Of a stretch of 43,588 bases of DNA, positions 22,751-32,197 are shown in pieces. Each line of letters opens with the position of its first letter. Position 1 is the first letter of the stretch. A program made the translations under genes and the position numbers. The stretch comes from a virus. Its lineage: Duplodnaviria > Caudoviricetes. Below the pieces are notes generated by a model, which saw nothing but the letters and a program-made list of their open reading frames with translations, ran no database searches and had not been told where the DNA came from. The stretch spans positions 1-43,588 of the IMG/VR virus record IMGVR_UViG_3300042807_000312. The stretch is one strand, 5' to 3'.

Positions 22751-23934
22751 CAGCGCTCAGCGATGATTGCCCATCCCGTATTGCTGCCCTCTACCATCCA
22801 CCGTGGGCCGAAGTTCTTGCGGCTGTACGCCATGAACCGGGCCACGCCTCCTAGGGTCGCACCGCTCACTAGATCGGCCTCGCCGAAAGGGTCGTGCACT
22901 ACCAGGTGATCTTTGGTGTAGCCCACCACGATCAGCCAATGGCCGCCGCCGGATGGTGCCGACACCGGGCCTCGATGCAGGAACCCCACCGGCACGGGCA
23001 CGCCGTCATTGATCTGTTGCTCCAACGTGGCGAATCCGGCCACTTTGGTGAACCGGGCTTTGATGCCGTAGCTGCTCAGCGCCCGGATCTGTGCGGTCGG
23101 GTCGGTGGTGTCGCCGTAGGACTGAACCCGCTTGAGGTACTGATCGTCACCGTTGCCGCCCTTGAGGGTGCCGGGCCGCAGGTATTGCAGCAGCATGGCG
23201 CAGGAACTACTGAAGCACATCCGGGCCGCCTGGCTGCGGTCTGCGCTGTCCATCTGTGCGTACCAAGGCACCTGCAGGGGGTTGCCGTAGCCGGTGCTCT
23301 GCTGCAGCTGCTGGCCCACAAACAGCGCCACCTCTGCGGCACGCCGCCTGGTCAGGCCGGCCAGCTCGCGGCCGTCGGCCTTGTTCCACCGGGGAATCTC
23401 CGCCGGCACCACCAGCAGCGGATCCTCACCCGCCAGGATGCGGCGCCGCAGGGAGCTGTCCTGCATCGCCCCCACGCCCACGTTGTAGACCCAGCTCACC
23501 AGCGCCGCGGCCCGGTTTCCTGGCCAGCCAGCGACCGCAGGGATCGCCCGGGCCAGGGCGTCGTAGAACCGCTGCAGATCGGCGTCCAGCTGCTGATCAG
23601 CCTGTGCCTGGGTGATCGCCAAGCCCTCGCGGACGGGCTTGCCGCCGATGGTGGTCGAGCCCCATCCCACGGTCCACACGCCGGCCGGGCACAGATATGC
23701 CTGTAGCCGGCACCCCTCGAACTCGCGCACGATCTGCCGGGCCGGTGCCAGCCAGCTGGCATCAGCCACCGGCGCCGCAGGGCTCCCCTGTGCCCGCCAC
23801 AGCTCGGTGAACACCTGGCGCTGCTCATCGCTAAGCGACTCATCCAGCGCCTGCAGTGCAGCCAGCTGATGCGGCGTGATGCTGCCCACCCTGGCGAGGT
23901 GCTCAGCAGCGGCGCGGACGGTGGCGAATGTCAT
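22750..23934 (-). CDS. endolysin: GH24 phage lysozyme + C39-like peptidase
   Basis: REFEGCRLQAYLCPAGVWTVGWGST...GLTRRRAAE (lysozyme); Q..MCFSSSCAM...GGGHW..VVGY...VHDPFG (C39-like). Confidence 0.9.
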   Translation of the reverse strand: MTFATVRAAAEHLARVGSITPHQLAALQALDESLSDEQRQVFTELWRAQGSPAAPVADASWLAPARQIVREFEGCRLQAYLCPAGVWTVGWGSTTIGGKPVREGLAITQAQADQQLDADLQRFYDALARAIPAVAGWPGNRAAALVSWVYNVGVGAMQDSSLRRRILAGEDPLLVVPAEIPRWNKADGRELAGLTRRRAAEVALFVGQQLQQSTGYGNPLQVPWYAQMDSADRSQAARMCFSSSCAMLLQYLRPGTLKGGNGDDQYLKRVQSYGDTTDPTAQIRALSSYGIKARFTKVAGFATLEQQINDGVPVPVGFLHRGPVSAPSGGGHWLIVVGYTKDHLVVHDPFGEADLVSGATLGGVARFMAYSRKNFGPRWMVEGSNTGWAIIAER

Positions 23935-24830
23935 GTCATTGATGCGATGAAATCTCGGTCTGGCTGCAGGTTGTCAATGTTGCGAAGCATCGATCCGTTG
24001 AACCCGTCCATCAGCCAGACGGGCCGGCCGGCGCGGACTGCGGATTGCAGACCGGCGACATTGGAACGAAGCGGCCAGGAGTGATCGGTGTCGAACACCA
24101 CGGGCCCCTTGAAGCCCCGGAACTGCCCGGCGGCGATTGCCGTGGCAGTCGGCGACACCCAGTCCGCCCCGGTCCTCTGCATCCAGGCGGCCTCATTGCG
24201 GCCGCTGCTGGCGCGGATCCCCCGGGCGTAGCTCACACCAACCGGCTGGTCCGACCACTTCTGCACCCACTTGACGACACGCTTCTGGAACCAGCCCGTC
24301 GAGCTGCCCATCAATTCGTTGCCGACCTCGTAGATGACGTTCCTGAAGCCAGCCAGAGTCTTGACCACTTCCCTGACGTGAGCCCTCTGATGCTTGTTCC
24401 AGGGCCCCTTAGTGTGCACCTGCTCGTGAGATTTGGGCCCCTTGCCATTGAACGGATGGTGCTCCCATCCCCTGGGGAAGGCGTCAGGAATCGACCCCTC
24501 GAAGAGCACCACACCAGTCACCATGTTCCGCTTCTCGGCAGCGGCGACCTTCTTGCGCAGGGCATTGTAGAACTTGGTGTTCAAGCTCAGGTCTTTACGC
24601 CAGGGCACGTTCTCCACCCGGATCAGTCCAGGATTAGCGCCGACGAACGGCGGGCTGGAGTTGACGAACGCCTTGGTTTCAATTGTCCACAGCCGGGTGA
24701 AGTTGCCGGTCAGCCGGTCAATCGGCGTGCGGTTCTTGTTCACCGGCTGCACCACGTCCCAGGTGTGGTTGCCGGCCAGGGGGCGGGCATTGCCGTTGAT
24801 CAGGAACCGGTCGCCTTTGATGGTGATCAT
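23931..24830 (-). CDS. putative TIM-barrel glycoside hydrolase (GH-A clan-like)
   Basis: GNHTW, NFTRLW, WEHHPFN, NVIYEVGNE (NE acid/base-like), DTDHSW. Confidence 0.6.
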   Translation of the reverse strand: MITIKGDRFLINGNARPLAGNHTWDVVQPVNKNRTPIDRLTGNFTRLWTIETKAFVNSSPPFVGANPGLIRVENVPWRKDLSLNTKFYNALRKKVAAAEKRNMVTGVVLFEGSIPDAFPRGWEHHPFNGKGPKSHEQVHTKGPWNKHQRAHVREVVKTLAGFRNVIYEVGNELMGSSTGWFQKRVVKWVQKWSDQPVGVSYARGIRASSGRNEAAWMQRTGADWVSPTATAIAAGQFRGFKGPVVFDTDHSWPLRSNVAGLQSAVRAGRPVWLMDGFNGSMLRNIDNLQPDRDFIASMT

Positions 24831-24982
24831 TTCAGGTCGGGCAGGCGGTCGCCGGTGGCATGATCGGCGCGATTGTAGAGCCGGAACATGGCGGGCTTGA
24901 CCACCAGCTCCACGGCGGCAGTGGTGGCCAGCCAGACCAGCAGGCCCAGCAGCAGATCAGCGGTTGGGTGGAGGTTGCTCAT
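24827..24982 (-). CDS. small membrane protein (lysis cassette, 51 aa)
   Basis: Read manually: MSNLHPTADLLLGLLVWLATTAAVELVVKPAMFRLYNRADHATGDRLPDLK; ATGA overlaps both sides. Confidence 0.65.
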   Translation of the reverse strand: MSNLHPTADLLLGLLVWLATTAAVELVVKPAMFRLYNRADHATGDRLPDLK

Positions 24983-25212
24983 TCGTCAGGGTCGGTGGGC
25001 TTGCCGCGGCGGAGCTTCGGATTCAGTGTTTCGTAGCCCAGCTGGAACGCGCCGCCGCCCGTAGCGCCTAGGCCGGCGATCGGCAGGCCGGTCAGCCAGC
25101 AGCGCTCCACCTCCCCGCCAGCGACGCGGCAGTCAATGATGTAGGCGCCACCGGCGAGCATTGACGCCACCGTGGCGGATCCGATCGTGGAGATCAGGGC
25201 GGCGCGGTTCAT
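24979..25212 (-). CDS. holin-like membrane protein (two hydrophobic segments, GYETLNPKLR tail)
   Basis: Start trimmed to ATG 25212; position upstream of endolysin. Confidence 0.55.
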   Translation of the reverse strand: MNRAALISTIGSATVASMLAGGAYIIDCRVAGGEVERCWLTGLPIAGLGATGGGAFQLGYETLNPKLRRGKPTDPDE

Positions 25213-25400
25213 CGGCCGCCCTCCGCCCGGCGCTCCACGTCGCGCAGCCGTTCCTCGTGGTCCTTCAGCATCTCCTGAATCCCGCCCAAGATGGTGGTGG
25301 TCCGGGCCTCGAATCTGCCCAGCCCGTTGGCGATCTTCCACAGTGCAGCAACGCCACCGCTACCTAGGCCGATGGCTGCTATGACGATTTCTGGTCCCAC
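25209..25400 (-). CDS. TM + coiled-coil holin-like protein
   Basis: N-terminal TM, C-terminal LKDHEERLRDVE. Confidence 0.65.
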   Translation of the reverse strand: MGPEIVIAAIGLGSGGVAALWKIANGLGRFEARTTTILGGIQEMLKDHEERLRDVERRAEGGR

Positions 25401-25402
25401 AG

Positions 25403-25582
25403 TCAGATGGTTGCTGTCTCAGTCTGCCGAGCACACTGCTCGCAGAGGCTGATCAGCGAGTCGTCGCGGGAGTGTGATGCGTATGGGTCAATGTCTAGCG
25501 CCAGCAGGGAGCGATAGAGCTCTGAGCTGAGCACAGCTGGATTAAGGGCAGCCGGTGTGTAGCCAGGGTCGGACGGGATCAT
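25403..25582 (-). CDS. small hypothetical protein after tail fibre (59 aa)
   Basis: Read manually: MIPSDPGYTPAALNPAVLSSELYRSLLALDIDPYASHSRDDSLISLCEQCARQTETATI. Confidence 0.55.
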   Translation of the reverse strand: MIPSDPGYTPAALNPAVLSSELYRSLLALDIDPYASHSRDDSLISLCEQCARQTETATI

Positions 25583-25587
25583 GGCGG

Positions 25588-28500
25588 TCAGAGGATGGTG
25601 TTGAACGACGGGATTGTGATGGCGCGGTTGACGCTGATGCCAGCCTTGAAGCTGCGCAGGCCCACATTCAGGCCCTTGCTGCCATCGGTGGTGATTACTG
25701 GGTTGTCGCCGGTGGGGTAGCCCTCACCCGGCAGCGTGGATAGATCATTGAAGTCAGGGCGAGCAGTTGAATCGGCCGCTCCAGCAGCAATGCCGGCCTT
25801 CTGGAAAATGCTCTTGCCGTTGTTGGCACCACTGCCGGGTGACAGGCTGAAGGTGAAACCCGCCTCCGGTGTCGCCACACCCAGATTGCCGCCCAGCACA
25901 CCACGGGCCTTGGTGCTGTTGTGCCCATTGCTGCCGAATCTACCAACAAAGCCCTGCAGCCTTGGCCCTGGAGTTGCCGATGTTTCCCCGACGCTTTGCC
26001 AGACATTTGTGGTTGTGAACTTACTAGGGGCGTGAATGAACTGATCAAAGAATGGCCCGCTGCTGTCATTAGCTGGCACCTGCCCTGATGATGTCAGCAG
26101 GTGGATGTGATTAGGCAACAGCTTGCCGGTACTGTCTTGGTAGTAGCTCCAGGTGTTGAAGGAGGTTCCAAGATTTGCCCTTAGGCTTGAATCGCCACCA
26201 AAGCTCAATGCGATGTCTTTCGGGTCGCCAGGCGCAGGGGCGATGAAAGTGTGATACGTCTGCTCCCATGTCCAGGGGGCGGAAACGGCAGAAGATCCGT
26301 AATGAGCGTCCCCCGCCTGTGGGAGATCTCCGATTGAGGCGTTACTAACACCCGCAAACATTCCAGCGGTAGTAATTTTCGTTTTCCCCCTGAAATAGAT
26401 ATTGGCAATTCTTGGTTCAATCGTTCCCTGAATAGAGACAAGAGCGCCCCTGGTTCCACCGAGAGAGTCTTTACGGCTGGGCAAACCAGGCCCAAACACG
26501 CAGTCTCGAATTGTACCGGCGTCGCTTTTTTCACCCAGCAACACAAAAAGATGACTCTCCGCATATGCTTGATAATTTGCGCTGCGAGAGTTTGCCGTAT
26601 AAATTGCATTCAAGAGCGTGTCAACGTTTGTAGATGTATTAGTCGTGTACGCACTGCTTGACGGATAGACAAATCCAGTTGAATTGCCGATCAAAGTTGT
26701 AGCGGGGAGATTCCCCTGAGCAACAGCTTTGATCAGGTGAGGCAGCCCGAGGAAGTGGAAACCTCCCTCAAAGTCAAAACCCTTCCCGAATCTCATGTTC
26801 AGGGGAATACAGGCAAGGTGGAACTGACCACTGGAATCAGCAGATGGCCTCAGGAAAATGAAGAAGCTGTAAAAATTAACTGAAGTGCTAAAGTCGTCAT
26901 AGCCACTACCGTCAAAATAATTGTTCTCAACAGTGCTCGTCCCGATGTTATTACTGGGCCACTTAAGACCGGCAAAGTTCGCAGTATAGGCAACAAACTT
27001 TACATTGCAAGTCCAGACAGAGGATGGATTGTAAAGCCCCGGCGCCATCCTGATCTCTGCGGTGCGGCTGCTGCCACTGAGCAGCGCGTTGGCATAATCC
27101 GAAGCCAGCGCCAGTGTTGGCACTGCATCAGCCGGCACGGTCGGAGGCGTTTCAAGCATCTGATCCAGGGTGCGACTGGGCGCCCCCTGCTTGACGTAGA
27201 TCGGCACTGACGTGGTACTGGCACTGATCAATCGCTGCGCAATCATCCAGCGGTTCAAACCACCAATCGTTACCGCTTTAGGGTTAGCCTCAATTGATGC
27301 ATCACTGCTGGCAATCTCCAGGTTGTTTGTTTCCGTCAGCTCAGCGAAGCTGGCCAGCTCGACAGCACCGGGGCGGATTGTCTTCGCCCTGGCTGCATCT
27401 GAGTACGTGGCCTGACCCGTGATCTCCAGATCCTGCACGACTGCAGTGCCGCCAACTTGAATGCCATTGGGAAAATCGGTGCGTTGCGCATCGTCAATAC
27501 CCAGGCCGCCCAAGCTCTCAGGGCTAATCGTGGCGCCCGTTGCAATATCTTCCAATCCACGCGGCGACACCTCATAGCCATCTTCATTGCTGCCCTTTGG
27601 CACCACACGCCCACCACCTGAATTGGTGAAGTAGTACGTGAACTTGTTGAACTCGCTCATGTCCTGCTGCACTGCAGGCATGGCCTTCGAGTAGTTGCCG
27701 AATCCGGCCCACTCCCATTGGTGGTTGTACAGCCGAATCGTCGATGGCCGGCGGAACTCAACCGCCCAGTTACCGCGACCTGTTGCAGCACCGCCTGATG
27801 GTGCCGTGGGGAAGTCCGTGGTACTGGCTGGATTGAGTTCCCGGGCCGCTGAGGACTTCGGCACCAGGGCAGCGTGTGCAGCCGCCTCGGAGAAGCCCAA
27901 GGCGCGAAGCATGGCGTAGATGCCTAGGTAGTCCGTCCCGGTGCGGTACTGCTGCAGCACTGGACCTGCAGTTGTCCAGACCGTTGTCCAGTTGATGCCC
28001 AGCGAGGTGGAGTCTTCGAGGTCAGACGTGTCGGTATCGAACGTCAGGATCGGCGTCTCCTGGCTGATGGGATCCTCCGGGTTGAAGTCGCTCGGCATAT
28101 GCACAAATGCCTCACCCCAGAGGGCCGGATCAGGCGCCGCGCCGGTGCTTGTCATCGCCACCTTGGCCTGCCAGTGCTTGCCGGCATGATGCACCACTGT
28201 GCCCTGCCGGTAAAAGGAGTCAGGGGCGTATGCCTTGCTGGCGGCACCACGCCTGATCGTCAGCTCTGCTGTCTTCGTCACACCAGCACCAGTCGCAGGG
28301 CCAGTGCCGACGGCGGAAACGATCAGCACCTCCTCTCCACCAGGTGCTAGCACCCTGCTGATTGCCCCACCAGATCGCGCCGGATCGGTTTGCAGCACCG
28401 CGTCACGCTGCGGCAACCTGGCGCTGGCGGTGTTCGATAGCACCAAAGACAGCCGGCGCTCGGCCACGCTACGGGTATCCACCACGCGGCGGATGTAGAC

Positions 28501-30237
28501 CCTGCGACCTACCACGGCAGTGCCTGCCGGCGAGTTGGTGCCACTCTGCAGTGGCTCACCGGTGATATTGATCACCGCTGGCGTGGTGCTGCTCCATGCC
28601 GCGCTGGTCAGCGTTGCACGCCAATCAGCGCCATTGGGGTTGTCAATCCAGATCCGCGTATCACCGGCCAAGCTGTAACCGGCAGCAGACAGAACAGCGG
28701 GAACCGTCGTTGAGCTGGTATCAATCGCCAGACCATTTTCCAGCGTGATGGTCGAACTGGTGACACTGGCGACCACGCCCAGGTCAATGCGGCGGATGTT
28801 GCCAAGCTTCTCACTTGGGTTCAGCGGCACCTTGATGCGACTGATCGCCCAGTTTTTATCCTTAGCAAATGCAGCGCGTTTGTAACCCTTCGCCAGCGCT
28901 GAGCATCCACCAAATGTAGAATTGCCGGAGTTGTCGGTAATCTCACCGCCATTATCCGCCATCGTCACTTCAGACTGGCCAATCCCGAAGATTGATACCT
29001 TCTGGATGTAAGCATCATTGACGGCTGAGATATGCCGCGTCTGACGCGCTGGGTTGCGACGCAAGCTGTCAGGCGCAGCGTCGATGTACTTCTGATAATC
29101 CTGGGAAGTATTGGTCAGTGAAACCCAGTTGCCACTTTCATAGACTTGCCAGCAGCGCATGTCCTTCTGCTGGTTGGTGCCGGTGAAATTGGCGCATACC
29201 ATCGATTTAAGACCGGCGATCTTGTCGCCATCCCAGAATGCGCCGCCCATTCCATATTCAGACCGCACAGACCAGTTGAACATATACGGGCTGGCGCCAG
29301 CAGTTGTATCCCACGCTGAGCTTGGCGCTTGTGACTGATTGATCGGTCCAACAATCTGATACTCGCTGGGGCGTGCCACCAGCAGCGCGTTGGCCAAGTC
29401 AGCGCCACCGCCGACAGCGCTCTGCACCTTGCTGTAAAACGCCGTCAGTTCCCCCTGGCTGGCGGGATGGAACGTGTCGAGCAGGTGGACAGATTCGGTG
29501 TGACCGATCTTGTCCATCGTTGTGGCATTGAAGAAAAACCCAGTGCCCGACACCTTTAGGATGGCGCGGCGGTTGCTGTAATCCGCTGCCTCATCCTCCA
29601 CAGCCGGCACCCAAGATGGCCGCAGACTGCTTTTACGCAGATCCTGCCCGTGCATTGAGCATCCACGCGGCAGCAACACGCCGCCGGTGGTTGGGTTGAA
29701 CGCAATCAGCTCATCAATCGTCGGATCCTTAGACGTGCCCCAGCTCGCCAGGCTGGTAGACCCACTGCCAGGGTTGTTGTGAACAACATGAACACCACCG
29801 CTAAGCACGATGGTCACGCAATCAACGTGAGCGCGTGGGTCGTTGTAGCTGTACCAGTTCTTGCTGGTGATGATCGCTGCTTCGATCGCAGCGCGGTTGA
29901 TTGTCTTGAACGGACGCGCAGCCGTATAACCACACTCCAAACGCTGCAGCTCAATGCGCTTCAGTTTCTGCGCAATGATCTGCTCATCAGTGCCACTGGT
30001 CTCAAAGCTGTTGTATGCGCCACCGACGAAACGATCAGAGCCGATGTACGGATCAACGTACAACGTGAATGGCGCATTAAGTGGATCAGCTGCAGCCAGC
30101 GCACCAGCCACCACGGATGGATTGCCACCCAGCTGGCGCATCATGTCCAGCAGCGCCGCGATCTGCTCCTTTGCCACCGCCTGACTGGCAGCCACATCGA
30201 GAGCACCGCTTTGACCCGCTCTCTGCAGCTGGCTCAT
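25588..30237 (-). CDS. large tail fibre / receptor-binding protein (1549 aa)
   Basis: LYVDPYIGSD...PFKTINRA beta-helix cap motif, internal YRQGTVVHHAGKHWQA module, position after tail tip genes. Confidence 0.75.
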   Translation of the reverse strand: MSQLQRAGQSGALDVAASQAVAKEQIAALLDMMRQLGGNPSVVAGALAAADPLNAPFTLYVDPYIGSDRFVGGAYNSFETSGTDEQIIAQKLKRIELQRLECGYTAARPFKTINRAAIEAAIITSKNWYSYNDPRAHVDCVTIVLSGGVHVVHNNPGSGSTSLASWGTSKDPTIDELIAFNPTTGGVLLPRGCSMHGQDLRKSSLRPSWVPAVEDEAADYSNRRAILKVSGTGFFFNATTMDKIGHTESVHLLDTFHPASQGELTAFYSKVQSAVGGGADLANALLVARPSEYQIVGPINQSQAPSSAWDTTAGASPYMFNWSVRSEYGMGGAFWDGDKIAGLKSMVCANFTGTNQQKDMRCWQVYESGNWVSLTNTSQDYQKYIDAAPDSLRRNPARQTRHISAVNDAYIQKVSIFGIGQSEVTMADNGGEITDNSGNSTFGGCSALAKGYKRAAFAKDKNWAISRIKVPLNPSEKLGNIRRIDLGVVASVTSSTITLENGLAIDTSSTTVPAVLSAAGYSLAGDTRIWIDNPNGADWRATLTSAAWSSTTPAVINITGEPLQSGTNSPAGTAVVGRRVYIRRVVDTRSVAERRLSLVLSNTASARLPQRDAVLQTDPARSGGAISRVLAPGGEEVLIVSAVGTGPATGAGVTKTAELTIRRGAASKAYAPDSFYRQGTVVHHAGKHWQAKVAMTSTGAAPDPALWGEAFVHMPSDFNPEDPISQETPILTFDTDTSDLEDSTSLGINWTTVWTTAGPVLQQYRTGTDYLGIYAMLRALGFSEAAAHAALVPKSSAARELNPASTTDFPTAPSGGAATGRGNWAVEFRRPSTIRLYNHQWEWAGFGNYSKAMPAVQQDMSEFNKFTYYFTNSGGGRVVPKGSNEDGYEVSPRGLEDIATGATISPESLGGLGIDDAQRTDFPNGIQVGGTAVVQDLEITGQATYSDAARAKTIRPGAVELASFAELTETNNLEIASSDASIEANPKAVTIGGLNRWMIAQRLISASTTSVPIYVKQGAPSRTLDQMLETPPTVPADAVPTLALASDYANALLSGSSRTAEIRMAPGLYNPSSVWTCNVKFVAYTANFAGLKWPSNNIGTSTVENNYFDGSGYDDFSTSVNFYSFFIFLRPSADSSGQFHLACIPLNMRFGKGFDFEGGFHFLGLPHLIKAVAQGNLPATTLIGNSTGFVYPSSSAYTTNTSTNVDTLLNAIYTANSRSANYQAYAESHLFVLLGEKSDAGTIRDCVFGPGLPSRKDSLGGTRGALVSIQGTIEPRIANIYFRGKTKITTAGMFAGVSNASIGDLPQAGDAHYGSSAVSAPWTWEQTYHTFIAPAPGDPKDIALSFGGDSSLRANLGTSFNTWSYYQDSTGKLLPNHIHLLTSSGQVPANDSSGPFFDQFIHAPSKFTTTNVWQSVGETSATPGPRLQGFVGRFGSNGHNSTKARGVLGGNLGVATPEAGFTFSLSPGSGANNGKSIFQKAGIAAGAADSTARPDFNDLSTLPGEGYPTGDNPVITTDGSKGLNVGLRSFKAGISVNRAITIPSFNTIL

Positions 30238-30256
30238 GTCCGCCTGATACCTTGAT

Positions 30257-30279
30257 TCCTAGCTTCAGGCTATGGAGCC
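30257..30279 (-). promoter_or_regulatory. candidate late promoter GGCTCCATAGCCTGAAGCTAGGA
   Basis: 15-bp identity with 42323-42337 and 15/16 identity with 40143-40158. Confidence 0.5.
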
Positions 30280-31397
30280 TCTTTCGCAATCCTGATTCGA
30301 CCCGTGGCGATGAACTCGCCGGTGAGCCTGATCACATCCGTTGCCTGCGTGTTGACCGACGTGCGACCCATCAGGATGTCGGTTTCATAGAACACCCGCT
30401 CCTTCACATGCTCGGCAACGGTGCTGGTGCGCTGATCCATCAGCTGGAACCGTGCGCGTGCCTTGCTGCCCTGCGCTGTCAGCATCATCAATTTCAGCAG
30501 CCCCAGGCCGCTTTGCTCACCTGCTATCCGGCTGTGATCCACCTCACCGTTGAAGCTGCCAGCACCACGCAGGACACCCTTTGCCGTCTCGCCAAATGCC
30601 TGACCGATTGCGGTTTCATCCAGCTGCGTTGCATCCATCTCAAACACCCAGCCGGTCAGATCGCACTGCACCAGCCAGCCGCGTTGCTCAGCGTCAGATG
30701 CCGCAGCAGTCAGCACCTCAGGCACTGCAGCTAGGCTGGCTGCCGGTTGCTCACCGTCCGGGATCGGCATCCCTGTGATTGCCTGCAGCAGTTGCAGCGC
30801 CGCGGCGGCATATTCTCCCCCAGCACCCAGCGTCACCAGTGACGATCCCGCTAAGGTGGTGATCCGACCACCGCTCAGGGTGGTGATGTGTAGGGAGATG
30901 CCAGCAGCAGTTGCCGGCAGGATCAGCATGGTACCGGGTGAGACATTGTGCAGCGGTATCAATCCCTGGCTGCCGCCATTGATCGCGTCGATCTCACTGC
31001 TGTAGAACCGCACATCATCGAGTTCATCGCGGTGAATGAACGCAGTGGTGAACTGCTGCAGTCCAACCGTGGCGGCTGACTCCCAGAATGGCTGCGTAGG
31101 GTCTGCACTCCAGAATCCACCGCCTGCACTGCGCGCCGCCAGCGCGGGGCCCACAGCTGCATCACCGCCAGGCCAGAACGCATGACCGTCTGGGCATGGC
31201 GCCGCACCATTGAGGCCAACACCTAGCGGCACGCCGCGCAGACTCAGCAGCAGCACCTCATCACCCGACTGGAATGCCTGATCTGACAGGTCCAGTGATG
31301 GTGACGCACCACGCTGCAGCCTGGCATCATCAAGCGCTGTCGGCGCCGGCCACTCCCTGCTCAGCTCGACAATGCCCTTGCGGCCCTCGACAGCCAT
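30270..31397 (-). CDS. minor tail protein with tail-tube-like fold and large insertion
   Basis: MAVEGRKG.V N-terminus and W.FEMD..QLD.TAIG.F...G.GSF...F..TG.I C-terminal half. Confidence 0.65.
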   Translation of the reverse strand: MAVEGRKGIVELSREWPAPTALDDARLQRGASPSLDLSDQAFQSGDEVLLLSLRGVPLGVGLNGAAPCPDGHAFWPGGDAAVGPALAARSAGGGFWSADPTQPFWESAATVGLQQFTTAFIHRDELDDVRFYSSEIDAINGGSQGLIPLHNVSPGTMLILPATAAGISLHITTLSGGRITTLAGSSLVTLGAGGEYAAAALQLLQAITGMPIPDGEQPAASLAAVPEVLTAAASDAEQRGWLVQCDLTGWVFEMDATQLDETAIGQAFGETAKGVLRGAGSFNGEVDHSRIAGEQSGLGLLKLMMLTAQGSKARARFQLMDQRTSTVAEHVKERVFYETDILMGRTSVNTQATDVIRLTGEFIATGRIRIAKEAP

Positions 31398-31792
31398 CAG
31401 AACGCACGGCTGGGTTTGCCGCTGATCACAAAGCTGATATTCACCGACACGCTCTCTCCCAAGCTCTGGCCGATACCCTGGCTGTTGATCAGCACCGGAC
31501 CGGACAGCTTCCTGCTACTGCCCTTGTGGATGACCATCTCCAGGTCATCCAGCTGTTCGCCATCATCAAAGATTCGATTCATCAGATCCACGGTCGGCTG
31601 ATCGTCGATGCGATATCGCACCACTGCCGAACCGCTCGTGGTGCGCTTGCCGTATGCGAACTCATCATCCATGTCACCGATGCCGGTGGTATCCAGCGTT
31701 GCCCGCTGTGTTTCCATGGTGATGTTCACCACCTTGGCAACCTTCTGGCCCCGGAATCGGATCTCGCCGTGCGTGCTATTCGGAACCGTCAT
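31397..31792 (-). CDS. minor tail protein, tail-tube-like
   Basis: VAKV.NI.ME.QR..LDTT.IGD...G.R..SGS...V.ISF..SG pattern. Confidence 0.65.
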   Translation of the reverse strand: MTVPNSTHGEIRFRGQKVAKVVNITMETQRATLDTTGIGDMDDEFAYGKRTTSGSAVVRYRIDDQPTVDLMNRIFDDGEQLDDLEMVIHKGSSRKLSGPVLINSQGIGQSLGESVSVNISFVISGKPSRAF

Positions 31793-31810
31793 CGGATGCT
31801 CGACCGTTCC

Positions 31811-32197
31811 TCACAGCCTAAGCTCTGCCCTGAATGTGCAGCGGCAGCTGATTCGCTTCCCGCCCTGCACACGACTGCCCTCTGGCGGTGCTGCCCAGTA
31901 CCACCGCAGCCCGCCGCCGGGCGTCAGCAGCTGCGCATCCGTCAACCCCTTACCAACAATTGCCGGGAACGTCACGTCATCCATCGGCCCGCGGGCGGCG
32001 CTGTGCGCGTCCTTGATCTGCTGGTAGGCGGCCTGCGTGATGTTGTCAAACGTCAGCGTCAACGGCGCATCAGATGGCTTGTCGCCCCACAGCCTCACGC
32101 TCCGCACGCCGCTCTGTGATCGTGATTCAGTAACCGGCCAACTGCCCTCGCCGAACTCATGCGCAGTGGGCTGAATTGCCGGGAACTGCACCGTCAT
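31811..32197 (-). CDS. minor tail (distal-tail / gpM-like) protein
   Basis: FP.I.P, SQSGV, LTLTFDNI, WYWAAPP. Confidence 0.65.
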   Translation of the reverse strand: MTVQFPAIQPTAHEFGEGSWPVTESRSQSGVRSVRLWGDKPSDAPLTLTFDNITQAAYQQIKDAHSAARGPMDDVTFPAIVGKGLTDAQLLTPGGGLRWYWAAPPEGSRVQGGKRISCRCTFRAELRL

